Positions 28,953 to 40,048 of a stretch of 64,000 bases of DNA are shown piece after piece. Every line of letters starts with the position of its first letter. The first letter of the stretch is position 1. The position numbers and the translations under genes were made by a program. The notes beneath the pieces are model-generated. The model was not told where the DNA came from and made no database searches. It saw only the letters and a program-made list of their open reading frames with translations. Location of the stretch: positions 32,001-96,000 of the forward strand of contig CAVWEH010000005.1 in assembly GCA_963753975.1 (NCBI GenBank), written 5' to 3'. Source of the DNA: an uncultured delta proteobacterium (GTDB taxonomy: Bacteria > Desulfobacterota > Syntrophia > Syntrophales > Smithellaceae).

Positions 28953-31900
28953 GTGATAATATCTATGGCCGTAAAATCCAAAAAAGATCGCATTGCCGCA
29001 ATGATTGCTTCCCTCAAGCGAGCAGCAGCAGGAGATTATTCAAAGATAATCGATATCTCAGGGAAACATGATGAGCTCGATTCCCTTGCCGACGCAATAA
29101 ATAATGTGCTCAAAAAAACTGACAAGCTTCTTTCCGGTCAGAAACAAACCAAAGCAAAATTGAAAACAAGCGAGAAGAGTTACAAAAATATCCTCGACAG
29201 CATGGAGGAATCTTATTTTGAGGTGGATTTGAAAGGGAATCTGGTGTTTCACAATGCTACAGTGCTCAGGCATCTTGGCTATACTTCCCGCGAGATCAAT
29301 AACATAAACTTCCGGCAGCTTGTCGATGACGAGAATGCGAAAAAAGTCTTTGCAGTATTTAACAACGTCTTTCGCACCGGAGAGGCAGTTAAAGGCTTCG
29401 ATTGGGAAATTCTCCGGCGGGATGGGGGAAAAATTGATGTCGAATCGTCAGTTACCCTGAAAAGAGATGAAAAAGGCAAACCGGTCGGTTTCCGGGGCGT
29501 TGTGCACGATGTTACGAAACGCAAGCAGACTGAAGAAGAATTGAAGCGGAGCGAGGAGAGATACCGCACTATTCTGGACATCATGGGCGATGCTTATTAT
29601 GAAACGGACTTGAAAGGCACATACACGTTTGTTAACGATACCGCCTGCAAGCTTTTTGGTTATCGGCAGAATGAACTAATCGGCATGAGTTACCGCGATA
29701 TTCTTACGCCGCAGATCGCCCGTTATATGAAGGAAGTTTACAGCAGAATTTACCTTAGTGGCAAGCCAGAACTGCTGATTGATTATGAAATTATCGACAA
29801 AGATGGAACCGTTAGAATCCACCAGATGAGTGCCACTTTGATGAGGGATGCTGTAGGAAAGCCAAATGGATTTCGTGCTTTGGCCTGGGATGTTACTGAA
29901 CACAAAAAAGCCGAGGCCGCCCTGCGCATAAGCGAGGAGAAATACCGCAATATTCTGGAAAACATGGAAGAGACCTATCTGGAATCGGATCTGAAAGGGA
30001 ATTTTGTTTTCTTCAATGACGCTTTATGCCGTATGCTGGGTTACTCCCGCGCCGAGCTTACCAATATGAACTACCGTAATTGCATTGCGCCCGAAACAAT
30101 TCCGAACATATTTCAGATATTCAATGAAATTTATCGCACCGATAAACCGAAAACAATTATCATTCATGAATTAATTGCCAAAGACGGTTCAAAAAGAATC
30201 GTGGAGGCGTCCGTCTCGCTACGCCGTGATCAGTCGAGCCAACCCGCCGGTTTCCGCGGTGTCGCCAGAGACGTGACGGAAAAGATCAAAGCGGAATTTG
30301 CCCTTAAAGAAAGCGAGAAACGCTACCGGATGATTGTGGAGAATGTCCATGATGTGGTTTTTACGGTCGATTTCAATTTCCAGTTTACCTTCATCAGTAC
30401 TCACCGTTCACTATTAACGGGTTACACGCCGGAAGAAATCAGAAAAATTCCCGTTGACAGACTAGTGACTGCTCAATCTCTGGAGTTTGTAACCAATGTA
30501 TTTGCCGAGGTAATGGAATTGCAGAAAAACAGGCAACCTACCCAAGAGTACGGATCGAGAACGCTCGAAGTGGAAGCATATCATAAAAACGGCGGCACCG
30601 TCTGGCTGGAAATTACCGCAACATTCGGCAGCGACGCGCATGGTAAACCACAGGAGATCATAGCAGTTGCTCGAAATATTACAGCACGCAAAAAGATAGA
30701 ACTGGCCCTCGAGGAGAGCGAGAAACGCTACCGCATGATTGTCGAAAACATACATGAGGTCGTCTTGACGACCGATCTCAATTTGCGCCAGATCTATGTC
30801 AGCCCGTCCTGCGTATGGCTTATAGGCTACAATCAGGAAGAGTTTATGCGTTTAGCTATTGATAAGCTCTTGACGCCGGATTCTTTTACACTGGCGCAAA
30901 ATACATTGGCGGAAGAATTGACCAGCGAGTTCAGCGGTGAACCCATTGACCCGTATCGATCAAGAACCCTTGAAGTGGAATTATATCATAAAAATGGTGG
31001 CATAGTCTGGCTGGAAATCACGGCCACTTTTATCCGCGATGAAAACGGCAAACCCATCGGACTGCTAATAGCCGGCAGGGACATTAATGCGCGGAAAAAG
31101 ACCGAGGAGGAAAAGGCAAAACTTGAACAGCAGCTATTACAGGCTCAGAAGATGGAATCGGTAGGAAGGCTGGCCGGCGGAGTTGCACATGATTTCAATA
31201 ATATGCTTAACGTCATTCTGGGGTATGTGGAATTATCCAAGCTGAAACTGACGCCGGGTGATCCGGTATTGAAGGATATTGAAGAGATCGAAAAAGCGGC
31301 CGGCCGTTCCAGAGATATCACTTCCCAACTTTTGGCATTTTCCAGGAAACAGATCGTTTCGCCCAAAATAATAAATCTGAATGAACTGATATTAAGCATA
31401 CAAAAAACCCTTGCCCGAGTTATCGGTGAGGACGTTCATCTGAGTTTTTATCCTCAAGAAAACACTCTGGCAGATAAAGTTTGATCCGACGCACATCGAG
31501 CAGATTCTCTTCAACCTTGCGGCCAACGCCCGTGATGCCATGCCCGGAGGGGGAAAACTGACCATAGAAACGCAGAATGTCCGTCTGGACGAAGCTTTTT
31601 GCCGGGATCATTTGGGCTTTCTGCCCGGAGATTATGTTGTCTTAACTGTGAGTGATAATGGATCAGGAATTGATAAGGAGAATTTACAATATGTCTTTGA
31701 GCCGTTTTTCACGACCAAAGATGTGGGTAAGGGTACCGGACTGGGATTGGCGATGGTCTACGGCATTGTCAAACAGAATGGCGGATTCATCAATGTTTAC
31801 AGTGAACCGGGGCAAGGGACAACTTTTAAGATCTATATGACGCGAAGTCTGGAAATAGATGCCACTGTAGAAGAAACTAAAGAAGAGTCGGCAGTCTTCA

Positions 31901-32280
31901 GTCCCGCCACGATTCTTCTGGTAGAAGATGATGATATGGTACGTGGCCTGATTGCTCAGATGCTGAAAGCAATCGGCTACGGCGTAATGGCCGCGGCAAC
32001 TCCGGAAGAAGCTTTGTCTCTTTGCGAAAAAGGGGACACAACCGTGGACCTCGTTATAACGGATGTTGTAATGCCGGTAATGAACGGCAAAGAGTTAAGA
32101 GATAAGCTGAGAGTCATCAGGCCGGCGATAAAAGTTCTTTTCGTGTCCGGCTACTCCTCCAATGTTGTAGTTCATCATGGAATACTGGAAGAAGGTGTGC
32201 ATTTTCTCCAAAAGCCTTTCAGCATGAATGATCTCTCCCGCAAGATCAGCGAGGCGCTCGCCGGCAAGCGAAGCTATTAA
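28953..32280 (+). pseudogene. Multi-PAS hybrid sensor histidine kinase/receiver, split by a +1 frameshift (or sequencing error)
   Basis: ORF 28953..31484 has five PAS repeats and the H-box AGGVAHDFNN. The next frame resumes LWQIKFDPTHIEQILFNLAANARDAMP into the HATPase and REC domains (31540..32280). Extra A in the run at 31459-31462. Confidence 0.85.
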
Positions 32281-32295
32281 ACTTGGGACCAGGTG

Positions 32296-32395
32296 GAGTC
32301 AAATCTTTATTCTTGCCGAAGGCCTCTAGTACCACATTCAGATTTGCGGAACACGTATTGTAATTTTTCTATCAATAATCACTTAAGCAACATCT
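32296..32395 (+). repeat. Degenerate ~100-nt direct repeat, right of PAS kinase
   Basis: Matches 28727..28825. Confidence 0.7.
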
Positions 32396-32529
32396 TTCGA
32401 TGCGAACCTGTTGCAGGCAACATAGAGAACGCTCGTGCACTTCTTGTTGTTGATTGACTGATTTTAAAAAGTATGCAATATTACATCCAATTGATGTGCT
32501 TCAATATCTTCAAATCACGGAGTGAAGAG

Positions 32530-33381
32530 ATGACGAGAAAATATTTACTGGTAATTGTTCTGTGTGCGGCGATGCTCATGGTTTCGGCGAGCAGCGGATT
32601 CTCAGCTTCTCAACGAAACTCTTCAAACACTCCCGGTAAGCTTCATCTGCGCTCCGCCGCCGCGTTGGTGGCGGACCAAGAGACCGGCGAGTTCCTGATT
32701 GAGAAACAAGCGACGGCGGTATTGCCGATCGCTTCCATCACTAAACTTATGACCGCCATGGTGGTGCTTGATGCCGGCATCAACCTTGAAGAATCGCTTA
32801 CCATCGAGCAGGGAGATATGTTCGGCCTTCGCCGCCGCGCTCGCGCCCACCTGCCGGTAGGTACTGAGCTTTCGCGCAGAGATGCTCTGCTTATTGCGCT
32901 TATGGCTTCCGATAATCGTTGTGCCCGCGCCTTGGGGCGCACATATCCGGGAGGCATCGATGCCTGTGTTGCCGCTATGAATGCCAAAGCCCAATCACTG
33001 GGACTTACCGAGACGCGCTTCGAAGACTCCACCGGACTCTCCAGCGGCAATGTCTCCTCCGCTCGGGACCTGGTGCGGCTTGTGAATGCCGCCTACCAAT
33101 ATAACCTTATCCGGGAATTCACCACCTGCAATAAGGCAAATATTTTTTTAGGCCGGCGCATAGTAAAATTCGGCAACACTAATCGTTTAATTCAGAGCCC
33201 CGGCTGGCAGATAGGCCTTTCTAAGACCGGCTTCATCGGAGCAGCAGGCCGATGCCTGGTGATGCAAGCCCATGTCGCCCAGCGTCCCTTAATTATTGTG
33301 CTGCTCGATTCTCATGGTAAGCTGACCCGCATAGGCGACGCCAACCGAATCAAACATTGGCTGGAAGGATTATCGCTGTAG
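32530..33381 (+). CDS. pbpG: D-alanyl-D-alanine endopeptidase (peptidase S11, PBP7-like)
   Basis: ASITK (SxxK), SDN (SxN) and KTG motifs. GDANRIKHWLE C-terminus. Confidence 0.85.
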   Translation: MTRKYLLVIVLCAAMLMVSASSGFSASQRNSSNTPGKLHLRSAAALVADQETGEFLIEKQATAVLPIASITKLMTAMVVLDAGINLEESLTIEQGDMFGLRRRARAHLPVGTELSRRDALLIALMASDNRCARALGRTYPGGIDACVAAMNAKAQSLGLTETRFEDSTGLSSGNVSSARDLVRLVNAAYQYNLIREFTTCNKANIFLGRRIVKFGNTNRLIQSPGWQIGLSKTGFIGAAGRCLVMQAHVAQRPLIIVLLDSHGKLTRIGDANRIKHWLEGLSL

Positions 33382-33459
33382 CAGCGGGCGCGAAAAGCAG
33401 GGAAATTATGATCAGGTCTGTCTAGAAAAGCAACTTCCCCCCTCTACCGCAAATCATAT

Positions 33460-33900
33460 TTGGGATCACGGGTTCTATGGAACCTTCCGCTTACCGATTC
33501 CAACGTATGACTCTTGTGACCTTTAGTTATGCATTCTGTTTCTGAAGTTTGGGTCTTATTACAATATAGTACCACTTGGCTTCGCACGTGGTATAATTTC
33601 CAATAGCCACCGGCTATTGGATACCACATTATGCTTTGCATAAAGGATAATTCCACTTGCGCTTCGAGCTTCACTTCATTCGCTCTTAGCGAGTGTCATT
33701 AATTCGGCTAAAAAACTTCAACGCGCCTATAGTGACCTTTAGGTTATTTGCTTTTGAAGTTTTAGTCTCATTACAACTGACAGATATTACTTCACTGCGT
33801 TTGTGGAGCACCTCTGTAAGGAGCCGAAGGCTATTTTCAAAGACGCGACATCCCGTAACGGGATAATATCCGAGTTTCATTAGAATTGGAGTTTCACAAA
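33460..33900. repeat. Mosaic of modular palindromic repeats in an ORF-less intergenic region
   Basis: Contains TGTTTCTGAAGTTTGGGTCTTATT, GGATAATTCCACTTGCGCTTC...AGCGAGTGTCATT, GTGACCTTTAGGTTA, GTGGAGCACCTCT...AGGAGCCGAAGGCT and GAATTGGAGTTTCAC modules that recur elsewhere in the window. Confidence 0.7.
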
Positions 33901-34010
33901 AAATCATAGAAAAACAATACCATTTATTTTTGACAAAAGAATCCTGCGACATATATTACAGGAAAGGAGTTATGGCGCGTGTATAAAAAAAAGAGAAAGG
34001 AGAGAGCATT

Positions 34011-34454
34011 ATGATAAAAACATTTTTTGTTTTTAGTCTTGCCGTTTTGTTTGTAGGTTGCGCTGGTTCCCGCCCGGCGCGTCTGGGCGTCACGGATGGA
34101 AAATTTATCCCCTGCCCTGATTCCCCCAATTGCGTTTCCTCCCAATCTTCCGATAAGTCACATGCCATAGAACCTCTCTATTATAAAGGAAGCGCCTCTG
34201 AGGCCAGGGCTCGACTTCTGACCGCAATTAAGGGCATGAAGCGAGCAAATATCGTTACGGAGAAGGAGAATTATATTCATGCCGAGTTTGCTTCCGCCGT
34301 CTTTCGTTTTGTCGATGATGCAGAGTTTTACATCGATGATAGTCAAAAGGTAATCCATCTCCGGTCTGCCGCCCGCTTGGGGTATTCTGACTTCGGCGTG
34401 AATCGTCAGCGGATGGAAACGATCAGACAACTTTTTAACAGCCCATCGCCATAA
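34011..34454 (+). CDS. DUF1499-family lipoprotein
   Basis: Lipobox FVGC, CPDSPNCVSSQ and RSAARLGYSDFGVNRQR motifs. Confidence 0.88.
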   Translation: MIKTFFVFSLAVLFVGCAGSRPARLGVTDGKFIPCPDSPNCVSSQSSDKSHAIEPLYYKGSASEARARLLTAIKGMKRANIVTEKENYIHAEFASAVFRFVDDAEFYIDDSQKVIHLRSAARLGYSDFGVNRQRMETIRQLFNSPSP

Positions 34455-34471
34455 CGGCCGACGGTGATTTT

Positions 34472-34807
34472 TTGAGTAGGAAACCATTGGAGAGGGAATA
34501 CAAAACAATTGAGGCAATGATTGGCCTTTCCTGCCGGGAACGCCACGGCACAAACGAGGGTGAGCTTTGTCCAGCGTGTCAGGAACTTTTAGCTTATGCA
34601 AAAGCCCGTCTCGATAAATGCCTTTATCGGGAAAATAAGCCCACATGCGCCAAATGTCCTATTCACTGCTACAAACCGGCGATGAGGGAACGCATTCGCG
34701 AAGTGATGCGCTATGCCGGGCCGTGCATGCTTAGGCGTCATCCTGTTCTCGCTATCCGCCATTTACTGGACGGCTGGAAAACAATACCCCGCCCACCTAA
34801 GGGTTGA
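34472..34807 (+). CDS. YgbA / nitrous-oxide-stimulated promoter family protein
   Basis: RE..TI..MI...C, CPAC..L..YA..RL.KC, KPTC.KCP.HCY and VMRYAGP motifs. Confidence 0.85.
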   Translation: MSRKPLEREYKTIEAMIGLSCRERHGTNEGELCPACQELLAYAKARLDKCLYRENKPTCAKCPIHCYKPAMRERIREVMRYAGPCMLRRHPVLAIRHLLDGWKTIPRPPKG

Positions 34808-34902
34808 ACCGTAAAATTGATTATGGTATAAAAATACCGCTAGTTTATTTCAGTATTGCGAATTGATGCCCCGAAAATAAAAATTGAGGAGGTGTAGGCG
34901 CG

Positions 34903-35265
34903 ATGACAGATGAAACCAAGAAAAAAGAACAGCACGACGAGATACATCTGGAAAAATTGACAATCAAGGAACTGCGGGAAATTGCCGCGGAGTTTCCCCA
35001 TGAAAAGGCGATCCTCGACATGAAGAAAGAAGAAATTATCTCCTTCATCAAGGAAGCCCGGGGCATCAAAGAAGAAACGCCCGTTAAGAAAAAGAAGAAG
35101 GGCGTAAAAATTAAGATGACCAAGGTGGAGCTGAAAGCCAAGATTCGTGAATTGAAAGGATTAAGATTGAAGGCGCTCGAGGAGAAGGATAGTAAAAAAG
35201 CCATACTCCTGCGGCACCATGTCAGCCGGCTAAAGAAACTATCAAGACGAGTTACCGCGGCCTGA
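34903..35265 (+). CDS. Basic hypothetical protein (Rho N-terminal-like helical domain)
   Basis: LEKLTIKELREIA...MKKEEII. Lys-rich. RBS GAGGAGG. Confidence 0.65.
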   Translation: MTDETKKKEQHDEIHLEKLTIKELREIAAEFPHEKAILDMKKEEIISFIKEARGIKEETPVKKKKKGVKIKMTKVELKAKIRELKGLRLKALEEKDSKKAILLRHHVSRLKKLSRRVTAA

Positions 35266-35363
35266 ATCCAAGCAAGATACTCCAGACGAAGTCATTCTCC
35301 AACGCATAGATGTATTAAAGATCAAATTGAGCAAAAAAAGCATCATTTAAAAGGAGGAAAAAC

Positions 35364-35867
35364 ATGGAAGGAAAAACAATACGTGAGAGCACTATTATCA
35401 TGGCCCAGCTGATGAATCCTCAGGATGCAAATCCTGCCGGAAACGTCCATGGCGGAGTCATCATGAGGCTTATTGATAATGCGGCCGGTTGCGCGGCTTG
35501 CCGCCACTCGAGGTCCAATGTCGTTACGGCCTCCATTGACCGGATGGATTTCCATAATCCCGTTTTTGTGGGAGACCTTGTGACCCTGAGGGCCAGCTTA
35601 AACTTTGTCGGAAAAACGTCAATGGAACTCGGTGTCCGGGTGGAGGCGGAAAATCTCATTACCGGTCGGAGACGCCATACGGCATCCGCCTATTTGACTT
35701 TTGTAGCCCTGGACAAAAATGGCCGCCCCCTGCCTTTATCTCCCCTGGTTGTCGAGACAGACGAAGAGAAGCGGCGAAACCAGGAGGCTAAAGACAGACG
35801 CAAGGCAAGGCTCGCGGAAAAAACAAAAGAAAAACAATGCCAGGCTGATGCGAATTGCGCTGTATAG
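35364..35867 (+). CDS. Acyl-CoA thioesterase (hotdog fold, YciA-like)
   Basis: DANPAGNVHGG, VVTASID and AYLTFVALD motifs. Confidence 0.9.
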   Translation: MEGKTIRESTIIMAQLMNPQDANPAGNVHGGVIMRLIDNAAGCAACRHSRSNVVTASIDRMDFHNPVFVGDLVTLRASLNFVGKTSMELGVRVEAENLITGRRRHTASAYLTFVALDKNGRPLPLSPLVVETDEEKRRNQEAKDRRKARLAEKTKEKQCQADANCAV

Positions 35868-35897
35868 AGGAAAATAAAGGAGAGTTAGAAAAAATTA

Positions 35898-36137
35898 TTA
35901 TCCTCCGTACATCACATGGAAAAGGTTTAAGAGCGATCCATTGACTAGCTTTTCCTCCAATGGCAAAATGCGGCCTTCCATGATTACCGTTGCACCCGGA
36001 GAGGTTGGTATTCCCAATAGGGCCAAAAGATCGGCCGTTTTCGACCCTTCGGGAATATCCATTTCCAGACCCTTATCAGGCCTATAATCAGGTATTTTTC
36101 TTTTCAACTCCCCAAACAATTTTACCGTGATCTTCAT
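35898..36137 (-). CDS. MoaD/ThiS-family sulfur carrier
   Basis: C-terminal GG, downstream of the AOR gene. Confidence 0.85.
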   Translation of the reverse strand: MKITVKLFGELKRKIPDYRPDKGLEMDIPEGSKTADLLALLGIPTSPGATVIMEGRILPLEEKLVNGSLLNLFHVMYGG

Positions 36138-36149
36138 CCCCAAGACTCA

Positions 36150-37868
36150 TCAGAAAGAAAAAGTGGTATCCATTTCGACATCGGTAACTGTAAACACCGT
36201 GTTATGAGGCGGCAGAGCTTCTTTATAGAAAAATTCGGGAAGCCGGTCATCCTTGTTGGTGAAGCCCGCTCTGCGGTTAAATTCTCTTTCCGCCTGCAGA
36301 GTGCGAACTCCCAAATGGCCAATGGCATCGGGGCCAAGCGGCGTGCCCAATTTAGCGCCAAGCGCTTTAAGAAATGCTGCGCCTGCTTCCGGCGCTTCCA
36401 GGGCGACAGCCGCCAGGATACAAAGACCGATGCTATCCATAGCAGCCATAGCGATCTGGGCATTGCGCGAGGCCTTGACCTGTCCTGCGGGTTTAAGAGG
36501 ATCGAGCTTTCCGGCCATATATTGACCAATGACGTTTCCGGCCGTATGGTCGGCGCCCATGGGCGAGGTGGCATAGGTAACGCCGTTTCCCTGCATGGCT
36601 CTCGGGTCATAGGCGGCAATGCTCTGATTCTTAACCGCCGGAATCCGGAGATGGTTGAAACGGCGACCGACAGCCGCCGGACCGTCTCCCAGCACCTTGC
36701 CCATTTCCGTGCCACGGCCTATCTCTTCCAGCATTCCGATTGCGGCCTGACTATCCTCAAATTTCTTGTATCCCGCATCCATGGCCACGGCCAAAGCAAC
36801 GCCGGTGTTCATGGTATCGAGTCCGATGTCGTCGCAGAGAAAATCCAGGCGGGCGATGGTATCCAGATCTTTTATTCCAGTCATGCCGCCAAAGGCCCAG
36901 ATCGTCTCGTATTCAAGGGAGGAGGTAAGATATTTTCCCTGTTTATCCATAAACACATTGGAGCAATGGATAATGCATTGGGCGCAACCCATGTGGCCGG
37001 GACCGCCGCCCCGCTCCTTCATGATCTTGGTCAGGTTTTCTCCGCTGATATTTTCCCAACCGGGAAGAACTCCTTTGGTGGCATTATAACTGGGGAAGGC
37101 GCCCATAGAATTTACCGCGGCCACTAATCCGGCAGTTCCCAGGTTCGGCAAAAACTGGCCGCTGAACGGATTTTCTTTAACTTTAAGGGCAAAGATTTTG
37201 GCGGCTTCCTTAAAGGCCTCCGGATCGGCAATCACATCGGGATTCTTCCCGCGCCGATCCACGACCAGGGCTTTCAAACCCTTAGAACCCATAACCGCTC
37301 CCAGCCCTCCGCGCCCCGCCGCCCGGCAGGGGTGATCGTCAACATCCGAGGATTGAATGGAAGCGGATTTCATAAGATATTCACCGGCCGGGCCGATGCC
37401 CATGACGGAAGTCCTGTTTCCATAGGTTTTGATTAATTTATCCACCAAACTATAGGTGCGCATTCCTTTGTATTCCTTGGCCTCTATGAGGCTGGCCTGG
37501 CCGTTTTCATCAATCCGCAGGATAAACATTTCCCCCTTAGCGGCCTGACCTTCGACAACGATTGCTGTAATCCCTAGGTGTCCCAAAGCGGCGGCGATGG
37601 TGCCTCCGGCATTGCTTTCTTTGATGGTGCCAGTCAAAGGACTTTTAGCGCCTACAGAAAGCCTGCTGGTATTAACCAGATTCGTTCCGCTTAAAAGCCC
37701 GGGGGCAAAAATAAGCTTATTTTCCGGGCCTAAGGGGTTGCATTTCGGCGGCACTTCGGCGTTGATCATAGTTGAGGTCAAGCTCCTGCCTCCCAGACCG
37801 AGATAAGGCTTAGGCACATCTTCAACGCGAATACTCTTCCGCGACATATCGACTCTTATGAATTTCAT
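36150..37868 (-). CDS. aor: Aldehyde:ferredoxin oxidoreductase (tungstopterin family)
   Basis: KSPLTG.IKESNAGG, AAGRGGLGAVMGSKGLKA, EYET, DDIGLDT and GADHT motifs. Start placed at ATG 37868 after AAGGAG. Confidence 0.92.
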   Translation of the reverse strand: MKFIRVDMSRKSIRVEDVPKPYLGLGGRSLTSTMINAEVPPKCNPLGPENKLIFAPGLLSGTNLVNTSRLSVGAKSPLTGTIKESNAGGTIAAALGHLGITAIVVEGQAAKGEMFILRIDENGQASLIEAKEYKGMRTYSLVDKLIKTYGNRTSVMGIGPAGEYLMKSASIQSSDVDDHPCRAAGRGGLGAVMGSKGLKALVVDRRGKNPDVIADPEAFKEAAKIFALKVKENPFSGQFLPNLGTAGLVAAVNSMGAFPSYNATKGVLPGWENISGENLTKIMKERGGGPGHMGCAQCIIHCSNVFMDKQGKYLTSSLEYETIWAFGGMTGIKDLDTIARLDFLCDDIGLDTMNTGVALAVAMDAGYKKFEDSQAAIGMLEEIGRGTEMGKVLGDGPAAVGRRFNHLRIPAVKNQSIAAYDPRAMQGNGVTYATSPMGADHTAGNVIGQYMAGKLDPLKPAGQVKASRNAQIAMAAMDSIGLCILAAVALEAPEAGAAFLKALGAKLGTPLGPDAIGHLGVRTLQAEREFNRRAGFTNKDDRLPEFFYKEALPPHNTVFTVTDVEMDTTFSF

Positions 37869-38060
37869 GGCTTTCTCCTTTTTGCCGGGATTTGTTACTA
37901 CCCAATTCCGCGTAAGAACAATCAACGGACTGCTATAACCAAAAACATGCACATTTGATAAGCGGACAGCTTTTTGACTGTATGCTTATTATAATAAGAA
38001 TATAAAGCAAACACAAAGGGTGTCAAGGAGAAAACATCTGACCCATTTAAGGAATGAGAA

Positions 38061-38855
38061 TCATCGAAGAGCGTCTTTAATTTCACGTCCGTATTTAGAA
38101 ACAATTTCTATCAAATTGTTATTGTTTTTGTTTTCATCAATCAAGCGGACGACGGCGCTGCCGATGACAATCCCGTCGGCAAAACGCGCGATTTCGCTTG
38201 CCTGTTTCGGATTCGAAATACCGAATCCTACCGCCAGGGGCAATTTCGTGATCTTCCTGATTTTGCTTACTTCCTGTTTGATATCTTCAATTTTGGGGGC
38301 GGCCGTTCCGGTGACGCCGGTAATGGAAATATAATAAAGAAATCCTGCGGCCTCGGCGGCAATCAAGCGCAATCTTGCCATCCCGGTTGTCGGGGCGACA
38401 AGAGAAATAAAATCAATGCTATGAGCGTCGGTATATTTTCTCAATTCCTGCGCTTCTTCGTGCGGCAGGTCAACCACCAGAACACCGTCCACACCGGCCG
38501 TTTCTGCCGCTTGGGCAAACTTTTTTGTTCCATAGGCAAAAATAGGATTGTAGTAGCCAAAGAGCACGATCGGAACCGGCGAAGTTTCCCGGATAGCGGA
38601 GACCAAATCCAGCACACTTTGCAGAGTTGTTCCCGCCTTTAGCGCCCGCTGTGACGCCGCTTGAATTACCGGGCCATCGGCTGTCGGATCGGAAAAGGGA
38701 ACGCCGATTTCCAGAATGTCGACCCCCGCAGCGGCTAAGCTCAAAATCAATTCTTTCGTTACGGCAAGTGAAGGATCACCTGCCGTTAAATACACGATCA
38801 GCGCTTTTTCATTCCTTTCGCGCAACAGGTTAAATTTTTCAGTAATTCGCCCCAT
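38061..38855 (-). CDS. trpA: Tryptophan synthase alpha subunit
   Basis: [22 protein letters not shown] and DGIVIGSA motifs. Confidence 0.96.
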   Translation of the reverse strand: MGRITEKFNLLRERNEKALIVYLTAGDPSLAVTKELILSLAAAGVDILEIGVPFSDPTADGPVIQAASQRALKAGTTLQSVLDLVSAIRETSPVPIVLFGYYNPIFAYGTKKFAQAAETAGVDGVLVVDLPHEEAQELRKYTDAHSIDFISLVAPTTGMARLRLIAAEAAGFLYYISITGVTGTAAPKIEDIKQEVSKIRKITKLPLAVGFGISNPKQASEIARFADGIVIGSAVVRLIDENKNNNNLIEIVSKYGREIKDALR

Positions 38856-38857
38856 GC

Positions 38858-40048
38858 CTATATGACTCCCATCTCAGCAATTGTTTGTGCGTCTTTATCT
38901 CCCCTGCCGGAAAGACAAATAACGATGATTTTATTTTTGGCCATTTCGGGCGCTATCTTCATGGTATAGGCAACCGCGTGCGCGCTCTCCAACGCGGGAA
39001 TAATGCCTTCGTTCTCGGATAAAAAGGAAAAAGCCTCGATTGCTTCTTTATCGGTTACAGTCACGTATTTAATTTGTTTTGTTGTATGGAAATAAGCATG
39101 TTCGGGGCCGACTCCCGGATAATCTAAGCCCGCAGCAATCGAATATGCGTCGCGCACCTGTCCATGCTCATCCTGCAAAAGATAAGTTTTGTTTCCGTGC
39201 AAAACACCCACCTTCCCCGCATTGATGCTGGCTGAATGCTTGCTTGTATTCAGGCCGTGACCTGCCGCTTCGACTCCGTACATGGCGATTTTCTTTTCTC
39301 CGCGGAAGGGATAAAAAAGCCCCATCGCGTTACTGCCGCCGCCCACGCAGGCAACTAAAATATCCGGGTTCCTGCCTTCCATTTTTTGGATTTGTTTTTT
39401 CGTCTCCCGGCCGATGACCGATTGAAAGTCGCGCACCATCTGCGGATACGGATGCGGTCCGGCTGTTGTGCCGATGATATAGAAGGTATCACGAACACTG
39501 GACACCCAGTAGCGCATGGCTTCGTTCATCGCGTCTTTGAGCGTCGCCGTGCCGCTTTTCACGGGAACGACTTCGGCACCCAATATTTTCATGCGAAAAA
39601 CATTGGGCGCCTGACGGCGGATATCTTCCTCTCCCATAAATATTTTGCATTCCATACCAAAGAGCGCCGCAACTGTTGCCGTCGCCACACCATGCTGTCC
39701 CGCGCCGGTTTCCGCAATGACTTTTTTCTTCCCCATCCGGCGGGCTAGGAGCGCCTGCCCTAGCGTATTGTTTATTTTGTGCGAGCCGGTATGATTCAAA
39801 TCTTCCCGTTTCAGATAAATTTTAGCCCCGCCCAACGCTCTTGTCATACGCTTGGCAAAATAAAGCGGAGTTTCGCGTCCCGCATAGTCTTTCCGATAAT
39901 AGGCAAATTCTTTTTGAAAGGATTTATCTTTCTTTGCCGCGGTATATGCTTTTTCTAAATCGAGTAGCGCGGGCATTAATGTCTCGGCGGTATAGCGTCC
40001 GCCGAAAATGCCGAAGTGTCCGTTTTCATCCGGTAGAGCGTCTTTCAT
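38858..40048 (-). CDS. trpB: Tryptophan synthase beta subunit (TrpB1)
   Basis: [24 protein letters not shown] and [11 protein letters not shown] motifs. Confidence 0.97.
   Translation of the reverse strand: MKDALPDENGHFGIFGGRYTAETLMPALLDLEKAYTAAKKDKSFQKEFAYYRKDYAGRETPLYFAKRMTRALGGAKIYLKREDLNHTGSHKINNTLGQALLARRMGKKKVIAETGAGQHGVATATVAALFGMECKIFMGEEDIRRQAPNVFRMKILGAEVVPVKSGTATLKDAMNEAMRYWVSSVRDTFYIIGTTAGPHPYPQMVRDFQSVIGRETKKQIQKMEGRNPDILVACVGGGSNAMGLFYPFRGEKKIAMYGVEAAGHGLNTSKHSASINAGKVGVLHGNKTYLLQDEHGQVRDAYSIAAGLDYPGVGPEHAYFHTTKQIKYVTVTDKEAIEAFSFLSENEGIIPALESAHAVAYTMKIAPEMAKNKIIVICLSGRGDKDAQTIAEMGVI

Noticed and set aside
30305..31035. Internal DNA repeats in the kinase gene (AGCGAGAAACGCTACCG.ATGATTGT; CATAAAAA.GG.GGCA..GTCTGGCTGGAAAT)
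   Set aside because: Explained by tandem PAS-domain duplication within the CDS.
33460..33900. CRISPR array
   Set aside because: No constant-length identical repeats with regular unique spacers, and no cas genes.
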